Assembly (NCBI GenBank): GCA_964057225.1
Contig: OZ059898.1
Span: forward strand, 124,001-188,000
Direction: 5' to 3'
Source: Auanema rhodensis
Lineage: Eukaryota > Animalia > Nematoda
Length of the DNA stretch: 64,000 bases
In this document: piece after piece, positions 12,801 through 26,400 of the stretch
Layout: each line of letters begins with the position of its first letter
Numbering within the stretch: position 1 is the stretch's first letter
Program-made: the position numbers and the translations under genes
Notes under the pieces: generated by a model
Seen by the model: the letters and a program-made list of their open reading frames with translations, nothing else
Told to the model about the DNA's origin: nothing
The model's database searches: none

Positions 12801-15136
12801 TTACATACCAAGTGCACATCACGTGTACATTTAATTAGCATAAATTAAAGTTCACGTAAATTTCAAAGTCATGGTTACCATGAACCAATATCAATAAAAA
12901 TTTGTTTTTAGACTAATATGGACATGGGGAATCTAATTTTGAAAACCGCATCTCTTTATCTTTCACGTGAAGCGAGTTACATACCAAGTGCACATCACGT
13001 GTACATTTAATTAGCATAAATTAAAGTTCACGTAAATTTCAAAGTCATGGTTACCATGAACCAATATCAATAAAAATTTGTTTTTAGACTAATATGGACA
13101 TGGGGAATCTAATTTTGAAAACCGCATCTCTTTATCTTTCACGTGAAGCGAGTTACATACCAAGTGCACATCACGTGTACATTTAATTAGCATAAATTAA
13201 AGTTCACGTAAAATTCAAAGTCATGGTTACCATGAACCAATATCAATAAAAATTTGTTTTTAGACTAATATGGACATGGGGAATCTAATTTTGAAAACCG
13301 CATCTCTTTATCTTTCACGTGAAGCGAGTTACATACCAAGTGCACATCACGTGTACATTTAATTAGCATAAATTAAAGTTCACGTAAATTTCAAAGTCAT
13401 GGTTACCATGAAGCAATATCAATAAAAATTTGTTTTTAGACTAATATGGATATGGGGAATCTAATTTTGAAAACCGCATTTCTTTATCTTTCACGTGAAG
13501 CGAGTTACATACCAAGTGCACATCACGTGTACATTTAATTAGCATAAATTAAAGTTCACGTAAAATTCAAAGTCATGGTTACCATGAACCAATATCAATA
13601 AAAATTTGTTTTTAGACTAATATGGACATGGGGAATCTAATTTTGAAAACCGCATCTCTTTATCTTTCACGTGAAGCGAGTTACATACCAAGTGCACATC
13701 ACGTGTACATTTAATTAGCATAAATTAAAGTTCACGTAAATTTCAAAGTCATGGTTACCATGAAGCAATATCAATAAAAATTTGTTTTTAGACTAATATG
13801 GACATGGGGAATCTAATTTTGAAAACCGCATCTCTTTATCTTTCACGTGAAGCGAGTTACATACCAAGTGCACATCACGTGTACATTTAATTAGCATAAA
13901 TTAAAGTTCACGTAAATTTCAAAGTCATGGTTACCATGAACCAATATCAATAAAAATTTGTTTTTAGACTAATATGGACATGGGGAATCTAATTTTGAAA
14001 ACCGCATTTCTTTATCTTTCACGTGAAGCGAGTTACATACCAAGTGCACATCACGTGTACATTTAATTAGCATAAATTAAAGTTCACGTAAAATTCAAAG
14101 TCATGGTTACCATGAACCAATATCAATAAAAATTTGTTTTTAGACTAATATGGACATGGGGAATCTAATTTTGAAAACCGCATCTCTTTATCTTTCACGT
14201 GAAGCGAGTTACATACCAAGTGCACATCACGTGTACATTTAATTAGCATAAATTAAAGTTCACGTAAAATTCAAAGTCATGGTTACCATGAACCAATATC
14301 AATAAAAATTTGTTTTTAGACTAATATGGACATGGGGAATCTAATTTTGAAAACCGCATCTCTTTATCTTTCACGTGAAGCGAGTTACATACCAAGTGCA
14401 CATCACGTGTACATTTAATTAGCATAAATTAAAGTTCACGTAAATTTCAAAGTCATGGTTACCATGAAGCAATATCAATAAAAATTTGTTTTTAGACTAA
14501 TATGGATATGGGGAATCTAATTTTGAAAACCGCATTACTTTATCTTTCACGTGAAGCGAGTTACATACCAAGTGCACATCACGTGTACATTTAATTAGCA
14601 TAAATTAAAGTTCACGTAAAATTCAAAGTCATGGTTACCATGAACCAATATCAATAAAAATTTGTTTTTAGACTAATATGGACATGGGGAATCTAATTTT
14701 GAAAACCGCATCTCTTTATCTTTCACGTGAAGCGAGTTACATACCAAGTGCACATCACGTGTACATTTAATTAGCATAAATTAAAGTTCACGTAAATTTC
14801 AAAGTCATGGTTACCATGAAGCAATATCAATAAAAATTTGTTTTTAGACTAATATGGACATGGGGAATCTAATTTTGAAAACCGCATCTCTTTATCTTTC
14901 ACGTGAAGCGAGTTACATACCAAGTGCACATCACGTGTACATTTAATTAGCATAAATTAAAGTTCACGTAAATTTCAAAGTCATGGTTACCATGAACCAA
15001 TATCAATAAAAATTTGTTTTTAGACTAATATGGACATGGGGAATCTAATTTTGAAAACCGCATTTCTTTATCTTTCACGTGAAGCGAGTTACATACCAAG
15101 TGCACATCACGTGTACATTTAATTAGCATAAATTAA
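9857..15136. repeat. 5-mer HOR changing to a 6-mer HOR
   Basis: C75T (TGGATATGG) at 10635, 11515 and 12395 (880-bp spacing), then 13451 and 14507 (1056-bp spacing). Boundaries are approximate. Confidence 0.85.
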
Positions 15137-18100
15137 AGTTCACGTAAAATTCAAAGTCATGGTTACCATGAACCAATATCAATAAAAATTTGTTTTTAGA
15201 CTAATATGGACATGGGGAATCTAATTTTGAAAACCGCATCTCTTTATCTTTCACGTGAAGCGAGTTACATACCAAGTGCACATCACGTGTACATTTAATT
15301 AGCATAAATTAAAGTTCACGTAAATTTCAAAGTCATGGTTACCATGAAGCAATATCAATAAAAATTTGTTTTTAGACTAATATGGACATGGGGAATCTAA
15401 TTTTGAAAATCGCATCTCTTTATCTTTCACGTGAAGCGAGTTACATACCAAGTGCACATCACGTGTACATTTAATTAGCATTAATTAAAGTTCACGTAAA
15501 TTTCAAAGTCATGGTTACCATGAACCAATATCAATAAAAATTTGTTTTTAGACTAATATGGACATGGGGAATCTAATTTTGAAAACCGCATCTCTTTATC
15601 TTTCACGTGAAGCGAGTTACATACCAAGTGCACATCACGTGTACATTTAATTAGCATAAATTAAAGTTCACGTAAAATTCAAAGTCATGGTTACCATGAA
15701 CCAATATCAATAAAAATTTGTTTTTAGACTAATATGGACATGGGGAATCTAATTTTGAAAACCGCATCTCTTTATCTTTCACGTGAAGCGAGTTACATAC
15801 CAAGTGCACATCACGTGTACATTTAATTAGCATAAATTAAAGTTCACGTAAATTTCAAAGTCATGGTTACCATGAAGCAATATCAATAAAAATTTGTTTT
15901 TAGACTAATATGGACATGGGGAATCTAATTTTGAAAACCGCATCTCTTTATCTTTCACGTGAAGCGAGTTACATACCAAGTGCACATCACGTGTACATTT
16001 AATTAGCATAAATTAAAGTTCACGTAAATTTCAAAGTCATGGTTACCATGAACCAATATCAATAAAAATTTGTTTTTAGACTAATATGGACATGGGGAAT
16101 CTAATTTTGAAAACCGCATCTCTTTATCTTTCACGTGAAGCGAGTTACATACCAAGTGCACATCACGTGTACATTTAATTAGCATTAATTAAAGTTCACG
16201 TAAATTTCAAAGTCATGGTTACCATGAAGCAATATCAATAAAAATTTGTTTTTAGACTAATATGGACATGGGGAATCTAATTTTGAAAACCGCATCTCTT
16301 TATCTTTCACGTGAAGCGAGTTACATACCAAGTGCACATCACGTGTACATTTAATTAGCATTAATTAAAGTTCACGTAAATTTCAAAGTCATGGTTACCA
16401 TGAACCAATATCAATAAAAATTTGTTTTTAGACTAATATGGACATGGGGAATCTAATTTTGAAAACCGCATCTCTTTATCTTTCACGTGAAGCGAGTTAC
16501 ATACCAAGTGCACATCACGTGTACATTTAATTAGCATAAATTAAAGTTCACGTAAATTTCAAAGTCATGGTTACCATGAAGCAATATCAATAAAAATTTG
16601 TTTTTAGACTAATATGGACATGGGGAATCTAATTTTGAAAACCGCATCTCTTTATCTTTCACGTGAAGCGAGTTACATACCAAGTGCACATCACGTGTAC
16701 ATTTAATTAGCATAAATTAAAGTTCACGTAAATTTCAAAGTCATGGTTACCATGAAGCAATATCAATAAAAATTTGTTTTTAGACTAATATGGACATGGG
16801 GAATCTAATTTTGAAAACCGCATCTCTTTATCTTTCACGTGAAGCGAGTTACATACCAAGTGCACATCACGTGTACATTTAATTAGCATAAATTAAAGTT
16901 CACGTAAATTTCAAAGTCATGGTTACCATGAACCAATATCAATAAAAATTTGTTTTTAGACTAATATGGACATGGGGAATCTAATTTTGAAAACCGCATC
17001 TCTTTATCTTTCACGTGAAGCGAGTTACATACCAAGTGCACATCACGTGTACATTTAATTAGCATAAATTAAAGTTCACGTAAATTTCAAAGTCATGGTT
17101 ACCATGAACCAATATCAATAAAAATTTGTTTTTAGACTAATATGGACATGGGGAATCTAATTTTGAAAACCGCATTTCTTTATCTTTCACGTGAAGCGAG
17201 TTACATACCAAGTGCACATCACGTGTACATTTAATTAGCATAAATTAAAGTTCACGTAAAATTCAAAGTCATGGTTACCATGAACCAATATCAATAAAAA
17301 TTTGTTTTTAGACTAATATGGACATGGGGAATCTAATTTTGAAAACCGCATCTCTTTATCTTTCACGTGAAGCGAGTTACATACCAAGTGCACATCACGT
17401 GTACATTTAATTAGCATAAATTAAAGTTCACGTAAATTTCAAAGTCATGGTTACCATGAAGCAATATCAATAAAAATTTGTTTTTAGACTAATATGGACA
17501 TGGGGAATCTAATTTTGAAAACCGCATCTCTTTATCTTTCACGTGAAGCGAGTTACATACCAAGTGCACATCACGTGTACATTTGATTAGCATAAATTAA
17601 AGTTCACGTAAAATTCAAAGTCATGGTTACCATGAACCAATATCAATAAAAATTTGTTTTTAGACTAATATGGACATGGGGAATCTAATTTTGAAAACCG
17701 CATCTCTTTATCTTTCACGTGAAGCGAGTTACATACCAAGTGCACATCACGTGTACATTTAATTAGCATAAATTAAAGTTCACGTAAATTTCAAAGTCAT
17801 GGTTACCATGAAGCAATATCAATAAAAATTTGTTTTTAGACTAATATGGACATGGGGAATCTAATTTTGAAAACCGCATCTCTTTATCTTTCACGTGAAG
17901 CGAGTTACATACCAAGTGCACATCACGTGTACATTTAATTAGCATTAATTAAAGTTCACGTAAATTTCAAAGTCATGGTTACCATGAACCAATATCAATA
18001 AAAACTTGTTTTTAGACTAATATGGACATGGGGAATTTATTTTTGAAAACCGCATCTCTTTATCTTTCACGTGAAGCGAGTTACATACCAAGTGCACATC

Positions 18101-18656
18101 ACGTGTACATTTAATTAGCATAAATTAAAGTTCACGTAAATTTCAAAGTCATGGTTACCATGCACCAATATCAATAAAAATTTGTTTTTAGACTAATATG
18201 GACATGGGGAATCTAATTTTGAAAACCGCATCTCTTTATCTTTCACGTGAAGCGAGTTACATACCAAGTGCACATCACGTGTACATTTAATTAGCATAAA
18301 TTAAAGTTCACGTAAATTTCAAAGTCATGGTTACCATGAACCAATATCAATAAAAATTTGTTTTTAGACTAATATGGACATGGGGAATCTAATTTTGAAA
18401 ACCGCATCTCTTTATCTTTCACGTGAAGCGAGTTACATACCAAGTGCACATCACGTGTACATTTAATTAGCATAAATTAAAGTTCACGTAAATTTCAAAG
18501 TCATGGTTACCATGCACCAATATCAATAAAAATTTGTTTTTAGACTAATATGGACATGGGGAATCTAATTTTGAAAACCGCATCTCTTTATCTTTCACGT
18601 GAAGCGAGTTACATACCAAGTGCACATCACGTGTACATTTAATTAGCATAAATTAA

Positions 18657-21600
18657 AGTTCACGTAAATTTCAAAGTCATGGTTACCATGAACCAATATC
18701 AATAAAAATTTGTTTTTAGACTAATATGGACATGGGGAATCTAATTTTGAAAACCGCATCTATTCATCTTTCACGTGAAGCGAGTTACATACCAAGTGCA
18801 CATCACGTGTACATTTAATTAGCATAAATTAAAGTTCACGTAAATTTCAAAGTCATGGTTACCATGCACCAATATCAATAAAAATTTGTTTTTAGACTAA
18901 TATGGACATGGGGAATCTAATTTTGAAAACCGCATCTCTTTATCTTTCATGTGAAGCGAGTTACATACCAAGTGCACATCACGTGTACATTTAATTAGCA
19001 TAAATTAAAGTTCACGTAAAATTCAAAGTCATGGTTACCATGAACCAATATCAATAAAAATTTGTTTTTAGACTAATATGGACATGGGGAATCTAATTTT
19101 GAAAACCGCATCTCTTTATCTTTCACGTGAAGCGAGTTACATACCAAGTGCACATCACGTGTACATTTAATTAGCATAAATTAAAGTTCACGTAAATTTC
19201 AAAGTCATGGTTACCATGAACCAATATCAATAAAAATTTGTTTTTAGACTAATATGGACATGGGGAATCTATTTTTGAAAACCGCATCTCTTTATCTTTC
19301 ACGTGAAGCGAGTTACATACCAAGTGCACATCACGTGTACATTTAATTAGCATAAATTAAAGTTCACGTAAATTTCAAAGTCATGGTTACCATGAACCAA
19401 TATCAATAAAAATTTGTTTTTAGACTAATATGGACATGGGGAATCTAATTTTGAAAACCGCATTTCTTTATCTTTCACGTGAAGCGAGTTACATACCAAG
19501 TGCACATCACGTGTACATTTAATTAGCATAAATTAAAGTTCACGTAAAATTCAAAGTCATGGTTACCATGAACCAATATCAATAAAAATTTGTTTTTAGA
19601 CTAATATGGACATGGGGAATCTAATTTTGAAAACCGCATCTCTTTATCTTTCACGTGAAGCGAGCTACATACCAAGTGCACATCACGTGTACATTTAATT
19701 AGCATAAATTAAAGTTCACGTAAATTTCAAAGTCATGGTTACCATGAAGCAATATCAATAAAAATTTGTTTTTAGACTAATATGGACATGGGGAATCTAA
19801 TTTTGAAAACCGCATCTCTTTATCTTTCACGTGAAGCGAGTTACATACCAAGTGCACATCACGTGTACATTTAATTAGCATAAATTAAAGTTCACGTAAA
19901 TTTCAAAGTCATGGTTACCATGAACCAATATCAATAAAAATTAGTTTTTAGACTAATATGGACATGGGGAATCTAATTTTGAAAACCGCCTTTCTTTATC
20001 TTTCACGTGAAGCGAGTTACATACCAAGTGCACATCACGTGTACATTTAATTAGCATAAATTAAAGTTCACGTAAAATTCAAAGTCATGGTTACCATGAA
20101 CCAATATCAATAAAAATTTGTTTTTAGACTAATATGGACATGGGGAATCTAATTTTGAAAACCGCATCTCTTTATCTTTCACGTGAAGCGAGTTACATAC
20201 CAAGTGCACATCACGTGTACATTTAATTAGCATAAATTAAAGTTCACGTAAATTTCAAAGTCATGGTTACCATGAAGCAATATCAATAAAAATTTGTTTT
20301 TAGACTAATATGGACATGGGGAATCTAATTTTGAAAACCGCATCTCTTTATCTTTCACGTGAAGCGAGTTACATACCAAGTGCACATCACGTGTACATTT
20401 AATTAGCATAAATTAAAGTTCACGTAAATTTCAAAGTCATGGTTACCATGAACCAATATCAATAAAAATTTGTTTTTAGACTAATATGGACATGGGGAAT
20501 CTAATTTTGAAAACCGCATCTATTCATCTTTCACGTGAAGCGAGTTACATACCAAGTGCACATCACGTGTACATTTAATTAGCATAAATTAAAGTTCACG
20601 TAAATTTCAAAGTCATGGTTACCATGCACCAATATCAATAAAAATTTGTTTTTAGACTAATATGGACATGGGGAATCTAATTTTGAAAACCGCATCTCTT
20701 TATCTTTCATGTGAAGCGAGTTACATACCAAGTGCACATCACGTGTACATTTAATTAGCATAAATTAAAGTTCACGTAAAATTCAAAGTCATGGTTACCA
20801 TGAACCAATATCAATAAAAATTTGTTTTTAGACTAATATGGACATGGGGAATCTAATTTTGAAAACCGCATCTCTTTATCTTTCACGTGAAGCGAGTTAC
20901 ATACCAAGTGCACATCACGTGTACATTTAATTAGCATAAATTAAAGTTCACGTAAATTTCAAAGTCATGGTTACCATGAACCAATATCAATAAAAATTTG
21001 TTTTTAGACTAATATGGACATGGGGAATCTATTTTTGAAAACCGCATCTCTTTATCTTTCACGTGAAGCGAGTTACATACCAAGTGCACATCACGTGTAC
21101 ATTTAATTAGCATAAATTAAAGTTCACGTAAATTTCAAAGTCATGGTTACCATGAACCAATATCAATAAAAATTTGTTTTTAGACTAATATGGACATGGG
21201 GAATCTAATTTTGAAAACCGCATTTCTTTATCTTTCACGTGAAGCGAGTTACATACCAAGTGCACATCACGTGTACATTTAATTAGCATAAATTAAAGTT
21301 CACGTAAAATTCAAAGTCATGGTTACCATGAACCAATATCAATAAAAATTTGTTTTTAGACTAATATGGACATGGGGAATCTAATTTTGAAAACCGCATC
21401 TCTTTATCTTTCACGTGAAGCGAGCTACATACCAAGTGCACATCACGTGTACATTTAATTAGCATAAATTAAAGTTCACGTAAATTTCAAAGTCATGGTT
21501 ACCATGAAGCAATATCAATAAAAATTTGTTTTTAGACTAATATGGACATGGGGAATCTAATTTTGAAAACCGCATCTCTTTATCTTTCACGTGAAGCGAG

Positions 21601-22176
21601 TTACATACCAAGTGCACATCACGTGTACATTTAATTAGCATAAATTAAAGTTCACGTAAATTTCAAAGTCATGGTTACCATGAACCAATATCAATAAAAA
21701 TTAGTTTTTAGACTAATATGGACATGGGGAATCTAATTTTGAAAACCGCCTTTCTTTATCTTTCACGTGAAGCGAGTTACATACCAAGTGCACATCACGT
21801 GTACATTTAATTAGCATAAATTAAAGTTCACGTAAAATTCAAAGTCATGGTTACCATGAACCAATATCAATAAAAATTTGTTTTTAGACTAATATGGACA
21901 TGGGGAATCTAATTTTGAAAACCGCATCTCTTTATCTTTCACGTGAAGCGAGTTACATACCAAGTGCACATCACGTGTACATTTAATTAGCATAAATTAA
22001 AGTTCACGTAAATTTCAAAGTCATGGTTACCATGAAGCAATATCAATAAAAATTTGTTTTTAGACTAATATGGACATGGGGAATCTAATTTTGAAAACCG
22101 CATCTCTTTATCTTTCACGTGAAGCGAGTTACATACCAAGTGCACATCACGTGTACATTTAATTAGCATTAATTAA
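18657..22176. repeat. 10-mer (1760 bp) tandem duplication
   Basis: Rare variants paired at 1760 bp: TATTCATC 18761/20521, C118T 18950/20710, A88T 19272/21032, T129C 19665/21425, A102C 19990/21750. Confidence 0.92.
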
Positions 22177-25100
22177 AGTTCACGTAAATTTCAAAGTCAT
22201 GGTTACCATGAACCAATATCAATAAAAATTTGTTTTTAGACTAATATGGACATGGGGAATCTAATTTTGAAAACCGCATCTCATTATCTTTCACGTGAAG
22301 CGAATTACATACCAAGTGCACATCACGTGTACATTTAATTAGCATAAATTAAAGTTCACGTAAATTTCAAAGTCATGGTTACCATGCACCAATATCAATA
22401 AAAATTTGTTTTTAGACTAATATGGACATGGGGAATCTAATTTTGAAAACCGCATCTCTTTATCTTTCACGTGAAGCGAGTTACATACCAAGTGCACATC
22501 ACGTGTACATTTAATTAGCATAAATTAAAGTTCACGTAAATTTCAAAGTCATGGTTACCATGAACCAATATCAATAAAAATTTGTTTTTAGACTAATATG
22601 GACATGGGGAATCTAATTTTGAAAACCGCATTTCTTTATCTTTCACGTGAAGCGAGTTACATACCAAGTGCACATCACGTGTACATTTAATTAGCATAAA
22701 TTAAAGTTCACGTAAAATTCAAAGTCATGGTTACCATGAACCAATATCAATAAAAATTTAATTTTAGACTAAAATGGACATGGGGAATCTAATTTTGAAA
22801 ACCGCATCTCTTTATCTTTCACGTGAAGCGAGTTACATACCAAGTGCACATCACGTGTACATTTAATTAGCATAAATTAAAGTTCACGTAAATTTCAAAG
22901 TCATGGTTACCATGAACCAATATCAATAAAAATTAGTTTTTAGACTAATATGGACATGGGGAATCTAATTTTGAAAACCGCATTTCTTTATCTTTCACGT
23001 GAAGCGAGTTACATACCAAGTGCACATCACGTGTACATTTAATTAGCATAAATTAAAGTTCACGTAAATTTCAAAGTCATGGTTACCATGAACCAATATC
23101 AATAAAAATTTGTTTTTAGACTAATATGGACATGGGGAATCTAATTTTGAAAACCGCATTTCTTTATCTTTCAAGTGAAGCGAGTTACATACCAAGTGCA
23201 CATCACGTGTACATTTAATTAGCATAAATTAAAGTTCACGTAAATTTCAAAGTCATGGTTACCATGAACCAATATCAATAAAAATTAGTTTTTAGACTAA
23301 TATGGACATGGGGAATCTAATTTTGAAAACCGCCTTTCTTTATCTTTCACGTGAAGCGAGTTACATACCAAGTGCACATCACGTGTACATTTAATTAGCA
23401 TAAATTAAAGTTCACGTAAAATTCAAAGTCATGGTTACCATGAAGCAATATCAATAAAAATTAGTTTTTAGACTAATATGGACATGGGGAATCTAATTTT
23501 GAAAACCGCATCTCTTTATCTTTCACGTGAAGCGAGTTACATACCAAGTGCACATCACGTGTACATTTAATTAGCATTAATTAAAGTTCACGTAAATTTC
23601 AAAGTCATGGTTACCATGAACCAATATCAATAAAAATTTGTTTTTAGACTAATATGGACATGGGGAATCTAATTTTGAAAACCGCATCTCATTATCTTTC
23701 ACGTGAAGCGAATTACATACCAAGTGCACATCACGTGTACATTTAATTAGCATAAATTAAAGTTCACGTAAATTTCAAAGTCATGGTTACCATGCACCAA
23801 TATCAATAAAAATTTGTTTTTAGACTAATATGGACATGGGGAATCTAATTTTGAAAACCGCATCTCTTTATCTTTCACGTGAAGCGAGTTACATACCAAG
23901 TGCACATCACGTGTACATTTAATTAGCATAAATTAAAGTTCACGTAAATTTCAAAGTCATGGTTACCATGAACCAATATCAATAAAAATTTGTTTTTAGA
24001 CTAATATGGACATGGGGAATCTAATTTTGAAAACCGCATTTCTTTATCTTTCACGTGAAGCGAGTTACATACCAAGTGCACATCACGTGTACATTTAATT
24101 AGCATAAATTAAAGTTCACGTAAAATTCAAAGTCATGGTTACCATGAACCAATATCAATAAAAATTTAATTTTAGACTAATATGGACATGGGGAATCTAA
24201 TTTTGAAAACCGCATCTCTTTATCTTTCACGTGAAGCGAGTTACATACCAAGTGCACATCACGTGTACATTTAATTAGCATAAATTAAAGTTCACGTAAA
24301 TTTCAAAGTCATGGTTACCATGAACCAATATCAATAAAAATTAGTTTTTAGACTAATATGGACATGGGGAATCTAATTTTGAAAACCGCATTTCTTTATC
24401 TTTCACGTGAAGCGAGTTACATACCAAGTGCACATCACGTGTACATTTAATTAGCATAAATTAAAGTTCACGTAAATTTCAAAGTCATGGTTACCATGAA
24501 CCAATATCAATAAAAATTTGTTTTTAGACTAATATGGACATGGGGAATCTAATTTTGAAAACCGCATTTCTTTATCTTTCAAGTGAAGCGAGTTACATAC
24601 CAAGTGCACATCACGTGTACATTTAATTAGCATAAATTAAAGTTCACGTAAATTTCAAAGTCATGGTTACCATGAACCAATATCAATAAAAATTAGTTTT
24701 TAGACTAATATGGACATGGGGAATCTAATTTTGAAAACCGCCTTTCTTTATCTTTCACGTGAAGCGAGTTACATACCAAGTGCACATCACGTGTACATTT
24801 AATTAGCATAAATTAAAGTTCACGTAAAATTCAAAGTCATGGTTACCATGAAGCAATATCAATAAAAATTAGTTTTTAGACTAATATGGACATGGGGAAT
24901 CTAATTTTGAAAACCGCATCTCTTTATCTTTCACGTGAAGCGAGTTACATACCAAGTGCACATCACGTGTACATTTAATTAGCATTAATTAAAGTTCACG
25001 TAAATTTCAAAGTCATGGTTACCATGAACCAATATCAATAAAAATTTGTTTTTAGACTAATATGGACATGGGGAATCTAATTTTGAAAACCGCATCTCAT

Positions 25101-26400
25101 TATCTTTCACGTGAAGCGAATTACATACCAAGTGCACATCACGTGTACATTTAATTAGCATAAATTAAAGTTCACGTAAATTTCAAAGTCATGGTTACCA
25201 TGCACCAATATCAATAAAAATTTGTTTTTAGACTAATATGGACATGGGGAATCTAATTTTGAAAACCGCATCTCTTTATCTTTCACGTGAAGCGAGTTAC
25301 ATACCAAGTGCACATCACGTGTACATTTAATTAGCATAAATTAAAGTTCACGTAAATTTCAAAGTCATGGTTACCATGAACCAATATCAATAAAAATTTG
25401 TTTTTAGACTAATATGGACATGGGGAATCTAATTTTGAAAACCGCATTTCTTTATCTTTCACGTGAAGCGAGTTACATACCAAGTGCACATCACGTGTAC
25501 ATTTAATTAGCATAAATTAAAGTTCACGTAAAATTCAAAGTCATGGTTACCATGAACCAATATCAATAAAAATTTAATTTTAGACTAATATGGACATGGG
25601 GAATCTAATTTTGAAAACCGCATCTCTTCATCTTTCACGTGAAGCGAGTTACATACCAAGTGCACATCACGTGTACATTTAATTAGCATAAATTAAAGTT
25701 CACGTAAATTTCAAAGTCATGGTTACCATGAACCAATATCAATAAAAATTAGTTTTTAGACTAATATGGACATGGGGAATCTAATTTTGAAAACCGCATT
25801 TCTTTATCTTTCACGTGAAGCGAGTTACATACCAAGTGCACATCACGTGTACATTTAATTAGCATAAATTAAAGTTCACGTAAATTTCAAAGTCATGGTT
25901 ACCATGAACCAATATCAATAAAAATTTGTTTTTAGACTAATATGGACATGGGGAATCTAATTTTGAAAACCGCATTTCTTTATCTTTCAAGTGAAGCGAG
26001 TTACATACCAAGTGCACATCACGTGTACATTTAATTAGCATAAATTAAAGTTCACGTAAATTTCAAAGTCATGGTTACCATGAACCAATATCAATAAAAA
26101 TTAGTTTTTAGACTAATATGGACATGGGGAATCTAATTTTGAAAACCGCCTTTCTTTATCTTTCACGTGAAGCGAGTTACATACCAAGTGCACATCACGT
26201 GTACATTTAATTAGCATAAATTAAAGTTCACGTAAAATTCAAAGTCATGGTTACCATGAAGCAATATCAATAAAAATTAGTTTTTAGACTAATATGGACA
26301 TGGGGAATCTAATTTTGAAAACCGCATTTCTTTATCTTTCACGTGAAGCGAGTTACATACCAAGTGCACATCACGTGTACATTTAATTAGCATAAATTAA
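22177..26400. repeat. 8-mer (1408 bp) HOR, 3 copies
   Basis: T107A at 22283/23691/25099, GT56-57AA at 22760/24168/25576, C118A at 23174/24582/25990. Confidence 0.92.
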
